Shown piece by piece: positions 27,801-39,686 of a stretch of 64,000 bases of DNA. The stretch spans positions 16,554,001 through 16,618,000 of the forward strand of contig CM075986.1 in the NCBI GenBank assembly GCA_038087875.1, written 5' to 3'. Positions within the stretch are counted from its first letter, which is position 1, and the number at the start of each line of letters is the position of its first letter. Position numbers and translations under genes: made by a program. The stretch comes from Malacoraja senta. Lineage: Eukaryota. Under the pieces are notes generated by a model. It was not told where the DNA came from. It ran no database searches and saw only the letters and a program-made list of their open reading frames with translations.

Positions 27801-28497
27801 ACAACAAACAGCTGGGAGTTATCAGGAAACAATGGAAATCTGTCTGTAATGACAAGTAACCACAAGCAAAATATTAATTTTATTAGCAGAGAAGAGTTTT
27901 TAAGGACCCATTATGGGAATTTCTCATTGCTCTCTTAAATAAGCATTAAAAAAAAGAATATACATTTTTTTAAAACACTTTTGAGGGTATGTTCTGAACC
28001 TCTGTAAATTTAGGAGTAACGGCTGCACAATTCTAATAATATAAATGGGGACAGAAGTATACCAAAGTCAAAAATATTAGAGTAGAAGTGTGGATTAATT
28101 ACTTGGATGGTTTCAGCCTATGACTCACCTCACTCTCCTCTATTACACCCCATATTACACCCTATATATTCCCACTAATTATCTTTGCATTTCTCCACAT
28201 TAATAGTATCTTCCAATTTTCAGCTCCCAATTTAGCAAAATATCTCTGGAAATGGTTTATCTTTTCCCTCTGGAATTCTTAACAAAGATATTGAATCATT
28301 AATATACTAAAAACATATATCACTATGATATAGGTGCCCAGCTTGCATTAATTACCTTCATGTACAGGTATTATCTATTGTATCCAGGAAAGGATAAGGG
28401 GAAAAGACCACACACGATACACAATGCAGAACTGAAAATGTTAAAGAACGAAATGAAAATAATTTTCAACCGTGAATTTTAAACTAGTCAGTCACAA

Positions 28498-28618
28498 GGA
28501 GGGTCTCGATCCGAAATGTCACCCTTTCCTTCTTTCCAGAAATGCTGCCTATCCCGCTGAGTTACGCCAGCATTTTGTGTCTATCTTCGGTTTAAACCAG
28601 CATCGGCAGTTCCTTCCT
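28498..28618 (+). mobile_element. Penelope-type short element
   Basis: Family consensus ending GCAGTTCCTTCCT; 8-bp flanking repeat AGTCACAA. Confidence 0.75.
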
Positions 28619-28711
28619 AGTCACAATCCTCGCTCTTGGCTGTAATTCAGTTATTTCATTCACATTTTCCATTCTGAATTGTGATCACAATCAGCTCCTT
28701 AAAATACTCAC

Positions 28712-28929
28712 GCATTTTCTTCATCGAAGTTTGGCCGCTTAGATCCTACTTTATAGAAGCAAGGTGTCTGAGCTGGTTGGGTTTTTCCATAACCTCCTGG
28801 CCCCAGTGAACCGAATACAGAGTGTGATGTCTTTGGTAGTTTTGGTTCTTCCTTCTTCCCCGGAGCAATAGCAAAGCCACCAAAACCAAAACCCCTCTTT
28901 GCACCACTACCTCCTTTGTTCCAATTCAT
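28712..28929 (-). CDS. DDX42: DDX42 first coding exon (MNWNKGGSGAKRGFGFGGFAI...NFDEENA); exon starts at 28936
   Basis: N-terminus matches human MNWNKGG..GFGFGGF. Acceptor tatgcag 7 nt before the ATG; donor gtgagt at 28711. Confidence 0.97.
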
Positions 28930-29560
28930 TGTTTAGCTGCATAAACACAAAATGAGAATTACTGAAACGCCATAAAACTTTGAAATCAAAGATTTATCTT
29001 ACATGACATATAGAAAAGGGCCATTTAGTCCATTTAACCTATCTCTCACAATTTCAGAATACATAGATACATAGACAATAGGTGCAGGAGTAGGCCATTC
29101 AGTGCTTCGAGCCAGCATTCAAATGGATCATGCCTGATCATCCACAATCAGTACCCCGTTCCTGCCTTCTCCCCATACTCCTTGATTCCACTAGCCCTAG
29201 GAGCTCTATCCAACTCTCTTTTGAATGCATCCAGTGAATTGGCCTCCACTGCCTTCTGAGGCAGAGAATTCCACAAATTCACAACTCTCTGCGTGAAAAA
29301 GTTTTTCCTCAAAGCCCTGGATTAATACGTTTGAAATGAGAAAAAATAAATAAACCCTGTACATTAAAAAGGCAAGAGATTACATAGCAGCTGCTCACCA
29401 GAATGCAAATCTGTTAAGAAAAAGACTATTCAACATCATCAGTTATGACAATTAACAAAAAATTATTAGTGTGATAATGCAGATTGGTCAGTACTCCTGG
29501 TAGGTAGCTAATTATATAGCTACGACATGCATTATGTTACTCACTATATTATATAGTGAG

Positions 29561-29562
<2 letters not shown>

Positions 29563-29624
<62 letters not shown>
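29563..29624. repeat. Compound (TA)n(CA)n microsatellite
   Basis: Read directly from the sequence. Confidence 0.95.
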
Positions 29625-30191
29625 TATTATAGTATATTACATAATAGTACAACATTGAGTTTAGGTTTATTATTATCACATGTACAGAGGTACTGCAAAC
29701 AGCTTTGTTTTGCATGCTAGCCATACTGATAAGATATACCACATACAGTCAGTTCAACCTCAAGTATAATAGATACAACAAAGGGTAAGGTACATAGTAC
29801 AGAATATAGTTCTCAGCATTGTAGTCTAGTAGTTCCTTAGACAAAGTCCAATGTCCCCAGCATATGTAACAACCATTCAGAAGCTTGATTACAGTTGGGT
29901 TGGGGGGGTTGGGACTGATCCTGAGTCTGGTGCTCTCGACTCTTAGGGTTTGGTTAGGTTGCAAGAGGATCATGTTTACATGTGATCATGCTGGACAGTA
30001 TTTTCCTTTTAGTGGCATTTCTCTACCTACATTTTTGGTTGGAAGTTTTAGAAATGTGTTTGCTGTGAAATAAGGAAGTAGTACTGGCACACGGACCATA
30101 TGATTTCTCAACAAGTCCAACAATAAATCAATATTGTCTCTTTCGTGCCAATATGTTTTTATATTTGTTGTGGAACCTACAATATCATGCG

Positions 30192-30556
30192 CAGGAAGGA
30201 ACTGCAGATGCTGGTTTACACCGAAGATAGACACAAAATGTTGGAGTAACTCAGCGGGACAGGCAGCATCTCGGAAGAGGAATGGGTGACGTTTCAGGTC
30301 GAGACCCTTCTTCTAACCCTACAGTATACTTCTATGGTACCACGTTCCTTCCGTGCCCTTGCCTACCTTATGTTCACTGCCAGGGGTGAAGTGGGAGTGG
30401 AACCGCTGCCGGGCTGGGGATGTGTAGGAAGGAACTGTAGATGCTGGTTTAAACCCCAAGATGACACAAAATGTTGGGGTAACTCAGCGGGACAGGCAGC
30501 ATCTCTGGAGAGAAGAAATAGGTGACGTTTCGGGTCTAGACCCTTCTTCAGACTGA
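30192..30556 (-). mobile_element. Two tandem direct copies of the Penelope-type element (30192-30315 and 30421-30556)
   Basis: Both match the family consensus. The second retains the full hammerhead core on the minus strand. Confidence 0.8.
30524..30551 (-). ncRNA. Candidate minimal type I hammerhead ribozyme core
   Basis: Minus strand reads CUGAAGA-A-GGGUC(UA)GACCC-GAAA-C-GUC. Conserved boxes and stem II are intact; stem I is only about 2 bp. Confidence 0.5.
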
Positions 30557-30692
30557 TGGTGGAGTTGGGATGGTAGCGTGAGACGCCTGAGGTTGGGGTG
30601 GGCTGACCAAGCGCCACTCTAGGCCTTGAACAGAAGTAGGCCCGAAAAGCCTGGCCACTGGAAAAGCACATCGCCGGAGTTTAACACCTTAC

Positions 30693-30865
30693 CCAGCAGA
30701 TCGTGGCGTGAGCGTGGGGTTGGGAGTGGCGATGGCGACGCCGCCGGTCGGTTGGTGTGTCTATGGCTCGGTGGGGGTGGGTGGGTGTGTGCGTGTGAGG
30801 GTCGGAGCCGCTCCGCCTCCTCCTTCCCTCAACACCGAGCAGCGAAACGGCCGCCGTCTGCCCAC
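30693..30865 (-). other. DDX42: Putative non-coding exon 1 of DDX42
   Basis: Donor CTGG/gtaagg at 30692 inside the CpG island. The 5' end is a guess. Confidence 0.55.
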
Positions 30866-31399
30866 CGCCGCGCCTGCGCACTGCGCACTGCCCACCGCCG
30901 GCCCTGGCTCCGGATCCACACACGGAGTCGCCGTCTGAACCCCGACTGGTCTCCTTTCGGCCCGGTTCTAACTCCTGCCCAGCTTCCCTTCACCCGCGCC
31001 AACAAACTTAAAAACTCAGACAACACTTCACGTCGCGATTAAACTACGTGATGTCACTGGGTCAAAGTGCAGCAACGACGACGACCCCCACACACACACA
31101 CACACACACAAAAAGGCGTCGATCACCAAGCGCCTGGATAATAACAGCTGGAGTTCTGCTGCGTGCAGAAGATCGCTCGTTATTTTTTTTAAAAAGAAAA
31201 GTAATGGAGACCGGGATTGTATTTAGCAACGTCCTGGCGACCGAGCGCTGGGGGAGGGGGAGGGGCAGGGGCAGGGGCAGGGGCAGGTGCAGGTGGAGGA
31301 TGATTGACGGCTGGGTGCTCCAATCACAGGCCGGGACTGGGTGGCCGCTCCCTGGCCACCGACGTCACGCACTGGAGCTGCACCAATGGCGGTGACTGG

Positions 31400-31463
31400 T
31401 GGAGGCGGGACATCTGGTGGATGTTCCCGCCCAGAGGGGAGCGCAGGCCGAGGGTGCAGTGAG
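31400..31463 (+). other. STRADA: Putative non-coding exon 1 of STRADA
   Basis: Consensus donor GAG/gtgagt at 31464 downstream of the CCAAT/CRE elements. A possible alternative donor CAG/gtgggt lies at 31621. The start is a guess. Confidence 0.55.
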
Positions 31464-32289
31464 GTGAGTGAGTGAGGGGCTGAGGCGTCGCACGGTCATT
31501 GTTGCCCGCTCGTCTGCCGGCTGCGGCGGAAAGGCAGTCGGGGCCCGTGGTGCTCGCACTCCCAGTCGCTGGCGAGCGGCCGTGTGTGAGGAGACCAGGC
31601 CAGGCCGCAGGTTGCGGCAGGTGGGTCGAGCAGCAGCCGCAGCGTTCGGGCAGCTTGGCCTTTGGGGGCGCGGACCTGCGGGTGGTTACGAGAGAGACGG
31701 CACTTTGTACGCATTTAATCGGTGCCGCTGTCCATTTCCAGAGGCGGAGGTGTCGGGTTTGAGAGCTAACCCCCATGCTGGATGATTGACTCGGGTGCAG
31801 TATTGCGAGAGGAAGTGTGAGATCCAGGCCTTGTCCCTCCCTATAAAACAATACATTCAAGATTCCAACTATCCTTTAGGTGAAAGAAATTCTTCCTTGT
31901 ATCTCTCCTACACCATCATCTGCTCATGCTCCTCAATATCAACTCTGGTTTGACAACACGTATTAGCCTCTGTCCTCTGGTTTTCTATGCCTTTGCAAAG
32001 GAGATAACTTTTTTGCTACCTGTCCAATCTACGCTGCTCATAATTTGTGTTTCACAATTGGGTTCCTTCGCAGCTTCCTCTGCTCCAAAGTAAACAAATT
32101 CAGGCTTGCTCACAACTGAAATGTTTTATCCTAAAGCACCTTGCAGAATATCCTCTGCACCTTCAGTACAATCATGTTATCCTATATTGTGGTGTTCAGA
32201 ACTATACAGGGCCACGATGATAGATAAATCTCCCAGGTCTTTCATAACATCAGGACACCAATTTTTGCAGCCCAGTGTGGGATGTTAAA

Positions 32290-34068
32290 TAAGAAATTGC
32301 AGGAATCCTGGCTTAGATAATGAATCATTGTTGGACAGGGGTGAAGTGCTAGAAGACTGGAGTGTGGCTAATGTTGGGCCTCGATTGATGAAGAGCTGCT
32401 AAGAAAAACCTGGGAACTATAGATCAGTAAGCCTTAACAAATGTAGGAAAGTTTCTGAAGAAGATTGTGAGGAATATGCATACACATGGATTTGCAAAAA
32501 GGGGTTGATTAGGGATAATCAGTATGGTTTTGTATGAGGGAGTTGTGTCTCATGAATTTTATTGAGTTTATGGAAGAAGTAACCAAGGGCTGGTGAGTGC
32601 ATGGCTTAGACATAATCCATATGGATTCTACCAGGGCCTTTGATAAGGTTCTGCATCGTAGGATGCTCTCGAAGGTTTGATTGCATGGTATCCATGGAGA
32701 GCTAACTAACTGGATTATCTTCATAGAGGAAGCAGAGTGTGGTGGAAGGTTGTTTTTTGGACTGTAGGCTTGTGACTAGGAGGGTGCTTTGGGGATTGAT
32801 GCATGGAGCATTGCAATATGTCATCTATATCAATTATTTGGATGACTGTGCACAGCATGATTAGAAAATTTGTAGAAGACACTGAAATAGGTGATATTGT
32901 GCATAGTGAAGATGGCTACCACGAGGTACAGTAGGATTTTGATCAGCTGGGTATGTGCACCATGGAATGGCTAATGGAGTTTAATTAAGCAAAGTATGAG
33001 GTGTTGTATTTTTGGATGTCAAATCATGGAGGTCCTTCACAGTGAACGATTAGGCACAGGTGAGGGTTGTAGAGAGATAAAGGAGTACAAGTACATAGTT
33101 CCCTTTAAAGTGGCAGATAGATTGTGTGGTAAAGAAAGCATTTGGCATGCTGCCTTATCAGTCAGGGAATTGAGTATAGAAGTTGGGACATTATGTTGTG
33201 GGTGTACGAGATGTTGGTGAGATTGCATTTGGTGTATTGTGTTCAGTTTTGATCACCCCGCTACAGGAAAGATGCTATTAAACTGGAAAGAGTGCAAAGA
33301 TTCACGAGGATGTTGCCTGGACTTGAGAGCCTGAGCTCGAAAGAAAGGTTGAGCAGGCTAGGATTTTATTCCTTGGAACACAAGAGGATGAGGGGATATC
33401 TTATGGAGGTGTATAAGATCATGAGAGGAATAGATAAGGTAAATGCACTGAGTCTTTTACACAGAGTAGGCACATCAAGATCCTGAGGACATAGGTTTAA
33501 GGTGAGGGGGGGAAATATTTAATAGTATCCTGAGGGGCAACATTTTTTACACAAAGGGTGGTAGGTATATGGACCGAGCTGCCGGAGGAGGTAGTTGAGG
33601 CTGGTATTATCACAACGTTTAAGAAACATTTCAAAGGGCACATGGATAGGATAGGTTTAGCGGGATATGGACCAAATGCCGCCAGGTGGGACTACTGCAG
33701 AGAAGATTCACAAGGATGTTGTCAGGTCCTGAGGGCCTGAACTCTCGGAAAGGTTGAGCAGGCTAGGATTTTATTCCTTGGAGTGCAGGAGACGGAGAGG
33801 GTGATCTTCCTGAGGTGCATGAAATCATGAGGGGAACAGATAGGGTAAATGCACAGTCTTTTATCCAGGATAGGGGAGTCAAGAACTAGGTAGCATTGGT
33901 TAAAAATGAGAGGTGAAAAATCTAGTGGGTTTATGGAACAAGCTGCCAAATGAAGTAGTTGAGGCAGGTACAATAACAACATTTAAAAGTCATTTGGATA
34001 GGTACATGGATAGTAAAGATTTGGGGAGATATGAGCCAAGCACAGACCAATGGGACTATCTTAGATGG
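32290..34068 (+). mobile_element. CR1 (HER1-like) LINE ORF2/RT remnant with tandemly duplicated 3' end
   Basis: PGNYRSVSL, KAFDKV-like and QRFTRMLPGLESLS..EVYKIMRG remnants. The 3' segment is repeated (about 33290-33700 and 33700-34068). Confidence 0.85.
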
Positions 34069-35199
34069 TTGTATTACAACTTCGGTCCATGTATTCACCA
34101 AACATGTACAGGTTTGCAGGTCAATTGGCTTGGTGTAAATGTAAAACTGTCCCTAGTGTGTGTAGGGTGGTGTTAATATGCGGGGATTGCTGGTCGGTGC
34201 AGACTCGCGCTATATCTCTAAACTAAACAAAGTTGAGATCTAGAGCTTTGTGGTCTGAGGGAAACCTCGACTGCATCTTTGTTCACAGGTTATTGATGTG
34301 TGATCATACAATAGATTAATACATTTGCAATCCATACATTATATTGATGAATGTAAGAATTCCTTTTGCACTATTTTTAGAACTAGATGTCATCCCAGAT
34401 TCCTGGCCAAGAAGGCTATCTGAACAAGGATGGAATATATAGAAATATAGAATGTAGGGGACTACAATCAGGTTGTTCTTGGAAAAAAAATAATGGTCTA
34501 TAACCAAGAACACAAATCCTAAAGGTTGTGTTGCCCTCATGACTGCTGGAAAAGAGATCCTAAATGGAGGGAAAATGCGCCGTCGTGACCAATCTGAAAC
34601 AAACAGCATTGGTAGGAAGAGAAAGAAGTTATTTTTGAAAAAGTATCATGTAATAGGATCCAAGTTAAAAGCAAACCCAGAGCATGTACAAATTGGCAAA
34701 GAAGTACTTGGATCAGGAGAATTCATGAGCTGCTGTGGGAAAAAGTTAATGCACCATTTCTGATACTGGGGATGGGCCCTTCCTGAACTCGAAGAAGGGG
34801 CACTGATTTTAAGCAAGTAAGAAGGGGAAAAGGAAACGAAATGTAAGCTGAAATATAAACTGAACTTGAAACGAGCATTAACAAGAATAAAGGAAGGGCA
34901 GTTACAGCTAAGAAATTGGTCTAAAATGATGGTTAGCTATTTAGATGATGAAATCCTTTTAAAAATGAGTCTTTTTGTCTGCAGAGCTTTGCACACAGTG
35001 CTCAGTATAAAACAAGGAAGCTGGAGGCAATCAAACATGGAGGTGACTTAATATGAATCAGTACTGAAAATTAAGCCTAGAGTTTGTGTGCTTAGTAAAG
35101 ATAAATTGCAGGCTTTGGTGTCTGCCTGGCTTTGATGAGGGACTGAGGTGACTAGTTAGGGTTTTATTTTCAGTAGAAGGGACTGCAAATAAAGGATAT

Positions 35200-35450
35200 A
35201 GAAGCTAGGGCAGTGGTGTGCTCCTGCTGGATTTGGGAGATCAGGGAATTTCCATTTTTGTGGTGACCATGCCTGCAGGAAATGTGCCCAGCTACAACTC
35301 TTTTCTGACTGCATTGAGGATTGGGGATGTGGAAAATGTCATAGATTGTACCATGTTGGCACACCAGGTACAAAAAAGAGATGGATGACCTCCAAGTTGT
35401 TCAGGAGTCTCCTGTAGTCATTCCCCTCTCAAACAGTTGTGCCATTTTGG
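35200..35450 (+). mobile_element. CR1 ORF1 zinc-finger remnant
   Basis: AVVCSCWIWEI..DHACRKCAQLQL-like peptide. Confidence 0.55.
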
Positions 35451-35624
35451 AGAAATAAAGAACTACAGATGCTGGGTTATACCAAAGATAGACACAAACT
35501 GCGAGAGTAACTCAACGAGTGAGACAGCATCTCAGGATAAAAATACACCTGAGTAACCTATTCATGCCAGCAAAGCACACTTTCTCTTCTGGATTCCCAT
35601 TCCAGAAGAAGGTCAAGTGTTTCA

Positions 35625-36260
35625 AAGGTCTTTTATTGTCACGTGTACCAATTAAGGCACAGTGATATGCAAATTACCATACAGCCATACGGAAAAAAAA
35701 GCAACAAGACACACAACTACATAAAAGTTAACATAAACATCCACCACAGCGGATTCCCCACATTCCTCACTGTGATGGAAGGCAAAAATGTCCAAACTTC
35801 TTCCTCTTTATTCTCCCGCGGTCGTGGCAGTCATACCATCTGTCGGAGCGGTCGAAGCCCCCGTGGCTTGGAGTTCCCGAAGTCGGTCTCTGACCAGAGA
35901 CCGTGGACTCCGTGATGTTAAGTCCGCAAGCACCCACGGTTTGAGCTATGAAGTCGACCCCTGGCAAAGGGATCGTGGGCTCCTCGATGGTAAGCCAGCA
36001 GGCGACCGCGGTGGAGCTCTCAAAATCGATCTCCAGCAAAGGCCGCCAACTCCTTGATGTTAGGCCACAGTGCAGACAGAGAAACGATACGGATTGCATC
36101 CCCATCGAGGTAAGAGATTAGAAAAAATGTCCCCAACCCCTCACATAAAACAAGCTAAAGAACACCAAAAACACATTTAACACATACAATTAAAACACAA
36201 AGAAGGAAAGGACAGACAGACTGTTGGCGAGGAAGCCATTGCTGGCGCCACCCGGTGGTG
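35625..36260 (-). mobile_element. About 630-bp non-autonomous retroposon with GC-rich body and LINE-like tail
   Basis: Tail ..GTACACGTGACAATAAA on the minus strand; a second related copy lies at 43495-44080. Confidence 0.65.
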
Positions 36261-37895
36261 TATCACATTGTAATTTTATCTGCAATTTAAGCAGAATGGC
36301 AATCAGGTCAATTTTGACTACGGTTGTCCATGATGATCCTGACGTTCCAAGTTTCAAATGTCGTCTCTTCATGTGGAGTGTAAAACAGGCCAAATTATAT
36401 CTCTTTGTTCTTAGGGCCATACTATTTGAGCTGGTGGTGTGTCTGGGACCCTACTCGCCCCACCACCCATTATCCTGAGCAGTGCTGCCTCTGATCATTT
36501 TTGGAAAATCTGTGGCTGTATGCCTGATACTGGCAATATGTAATGTTATCGTGTGCTGCAGAGTTGTTTCTGGGCATCACTACGTCTTTTACCCTTTTAG
36601 GGGGATCTGATTTCCCCTCACTTCAAGAGAAGTGATTCACACCTCAACATCTGCCAGAAGCTTTGATTAATAAAGAATTAATCAAGGCTCATAGAAGTGA
36701 AGATGAGACTACATAGAGCAAATAGAGATCATAGGTATAAACATGACAAAAAAAACAGATTTATAAACTGATTTTTGAGAGGCTGAGACTTAAACTTGGA
36801 GAATAAAATAGCTAAAAGTCAGTGAACATCAGTGGGTGAATATTTGAAATGGAGTGCAGGAAATGTTCTGCTGTAAGGAAAAACAAACTGGATATTTGTG
36901 AGAGTCCATGGCTGAGTAAAGATGAAGGGAACAATTGCCGTCTAGGTCCAAATCAGCTGAGGTGTCTATGGTGAGAGAAGATACAAAGGGATTGGTAAAG
37001 AAGTAATAAAAACAACTGTAAGTGGAATTTAGAAGTTAAATTATAAAGGACAATAAAATAGCAAAATATTATTTTAAACCCTAAACCCCGCAAAAAAAGA
37101 TAAGAATGGAGACATAAGGAACTGCAGGTTCTGGTTTACAAATAAAAGACGCAGAGTGCTGGAGTAACTCAGCGGGTCAGGCGGCATCTCTGGAATACAT
37201 GGATAGGTGTCTTTCCGCTCAGAACCCTTCCTCATACTGGAATGGAGGCAGGTATATTCAGGGATTGTCAGTTTAGTATCACAGAGATGGCAGAAATGTC
37301 AGATCATCAAATGCAGGTGACCCCATGTTATGTTTGGATTATCGATATTTGTCCATTGCCAAAAGTTTTTGATAAGAAATGAAATTTTCTCTCACTGAAT
37401 TAATGTGAAAAAAGTAAATAAATCATCACTCTTTTTCCAATTCATTTCTTGACATATGCACAGATGACTTGGCTTCATGATAAGGAAAATTGCAATGTGG
37501 AGCATTTTCTAGGAACACAAACTCTTTCTCTCTCTTGTTTCCCCCCACCCCCCATAATGCATGGTTGCCTGAATTTTGCTTTAGTATCTATGTGAAATAG
37601 AACATGGGATGAGGGAGGAGGAGAAAACAAGTGCATTCACAAATAAACAGACCAAATGTGATAAAGCTTCCATTCTGGATGGATTGCATATGCATTTTAT
37701 AAATAAAATCTGGAAGAAAAAATAGCAGGCACACTGCCACCAACAGTTAATAGCATATTAAGGTGACGGAGGACTTGTGCAGCACTCACAATGCATTGAT
37801 ATGAAAAGGGGGCATAGAATGTGTCCTGGGAACTGTGGCCCAGCTACCTAAATATCACGTTGGATCTATCAGAAACACCACCAAATAGAAAATTG

Positions 37896-38345
37896 ACACA
37901 GTGACGCAGCAGTAGAGTTGCTGCCTTACAGTGCCAGAGACCCAGGTTCGATCCCGACCACGGGTGCTGTCTTTACGGAGTTTGTATGTTGTCCCTGTGA
38001 CCGCATGGGTTTTCTCCGTGTACTCTGGTTTCCTCTCATACTCCAAAGACATACAGGTTTGTAGGTTGTGTAGGAAAGAACTGCAGATGCTGGTTTAAAT
38101 CGAAGATAGGCACAAAGTGCTGGAGTAACTCAGCGGGACAGGCAGCATCTCTGGAGAGAAGGAATGGGTGACGTTTTGGGTTGAGACCCTTCTTCAGAAG
38201 CATTTTGTGCCTATCCAGGTTTGTAGGTTAATTGGCTTCTGTAAATTGTCCCTAATGTGTAGGATAGTGCTAGTGTATGGAGTGATCGCTTATCAACGCG
38301 GACTCGGTGGGCCGACGTGCCTATTTACACGCTGTATCTCTAAAA
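37896..38345 (+). mobile_element. V-SINE/HE1-like SINE interrupted by a Penelope-type element (38068-38215)
   Basis: Perfect 14-bp TSD CAGGTTTGTAGGTT at 38054-38067 and 38216-38229. Confidence 0.85.
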
Positions 38346-39674
38346 TAAAGCAAAGTCTAAATGACACCTAGGAATAGAATGGCCGGGGACTGGGATAATT
38401 CTTTGATTATGTTGGATGTTTTTCCGAGGCAGCATGAATTGTAGATGGAGTCACGCCATGGAGCTTGAAGCTCTCAACCATTTGATGCTGATTGGGGCAC
38501 ATACTCCACTATGCATAACCTACCAGCCGTACATCTTGGGGATTTGGGAGGAAACTGAGAACCTGGAGGAGAATTCCACACAGAACACCCAGGGTCAACA
38601 TTAAACCCATGTCTATGGTGCTATGATGCAGTGTCTCTACGAACTGTGCTACAGAACAATATCAGAGATGATGTCGTAGGCAATGCAAAGCTCATGGTCA
38701 CCCTTAGACAATTAGTAGAGAGCCCTTAGACACTTCTGACATGAGATGGTGGTGTAGAGGGATTGTATGTTCATGGTGAAGACAGTCTAGTTGGGACCAG
38801 GAATTGGAAATTCAAAGTTGCGAAGGTTTAGGTGGAAAGGGACCAGAGCAGGAGAGAAAAGATGGAGTCAAGGTAGGAAAAAATAAATAGTCATCTGAAT
38901 ATTTCTTAAATATCTGCCTCCACCACCACTCAGAAAGTGGGTTCCAGATTCCAACCACCCGCTCGGTTGGAAAGAAAAGTATTTGCCAGATCACCTCAAA
39001 ATCTCTTGTCCGTTATCCTAAAGCTATGTCTTCTAGTTTTAGACAGCTTGACCACGGGGGAAAGTTTACCATTATCTATTCTACGTATGTCTCTCCTCAT
39101 TCTGTACAACTTTATCAGGTCCCTCCTCGATTTCCTGTAGTCCAAGGAAATCTACCCCTCAATGTGTCCTCCTACCTGAAAAGCACCATCCCAGGGAACA
39201 TCCTTTTGAATCGCCTTTGCACTTTCTTCAGTGCAATCAAGCCTTTCCAATAGTGCGTTAACCAGAACTATGCAGAGCACCCCAGTTACTATAGCCTAAT
39301 CAATATTTCATAATCTCCATGCTCTTAATTATAATCTCCATGCACTTCTGTTCTACACCCTGACTAATGAAGGAAGTAAACTGAAGAAGGAAGTAGTGCC
39401 ACCTTCACCACCATACCCACCTGTGGTGCCTCCTTCAGGGATGTTTGGACTTAAAACAAAGTCACTATGTTTCTCAATACTCCCGACCAGACACGTCATC
39501 TATCCATGTTCTCCAGAGATGCTGCCTTGCCTCTGAGCTACTCCAGCACTCTTGTCTCATATATTCACCAACATGGCATAACTGTATTTACTTCCCGATG
39601 TGCTTATTACAATTTTCTGTTTAAAACTAGATCTCCTAATGGAAGTGCCGGTTTAGTGACAATCCAGCTTTCCC

Positions 39675-39686
39675 ATGTCATTTTTG
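39675..39686 (+). CDS. STRADA: STRADA first coding exon (MSFL); exon starts at 39631
   Basis: ATGTCATTTTTG/gtaagt matches the human N-terminal MSFL. Acceptor aactag at 39630. Confidence 0.85.

Larger units (their letters stand above)
30560..31800. promoter_or_regulatory. CpG island / bidirectional promoter for DDX42 and STRADA
   Basis: Sharp rise in GC and CpG. NRF1-like GCGCCTGCGCA at about 30870, CRE/E-box-like elements at about 31028-31056 and 31361 (GACGTCA), CCAAT boxes at about 31320 and 31382, GC-box array at 31250-31287. Splice donors face outward on both sides. Confidence 0.85.

Noticed and set aside
30626-31860. Multiple overlapping GC-rich ORFs (up to 178 aa) in the CpG island
   Set aside because: Expected by chance in GC-rich sequence with few stops; low-complexity products with no recognisable homology.
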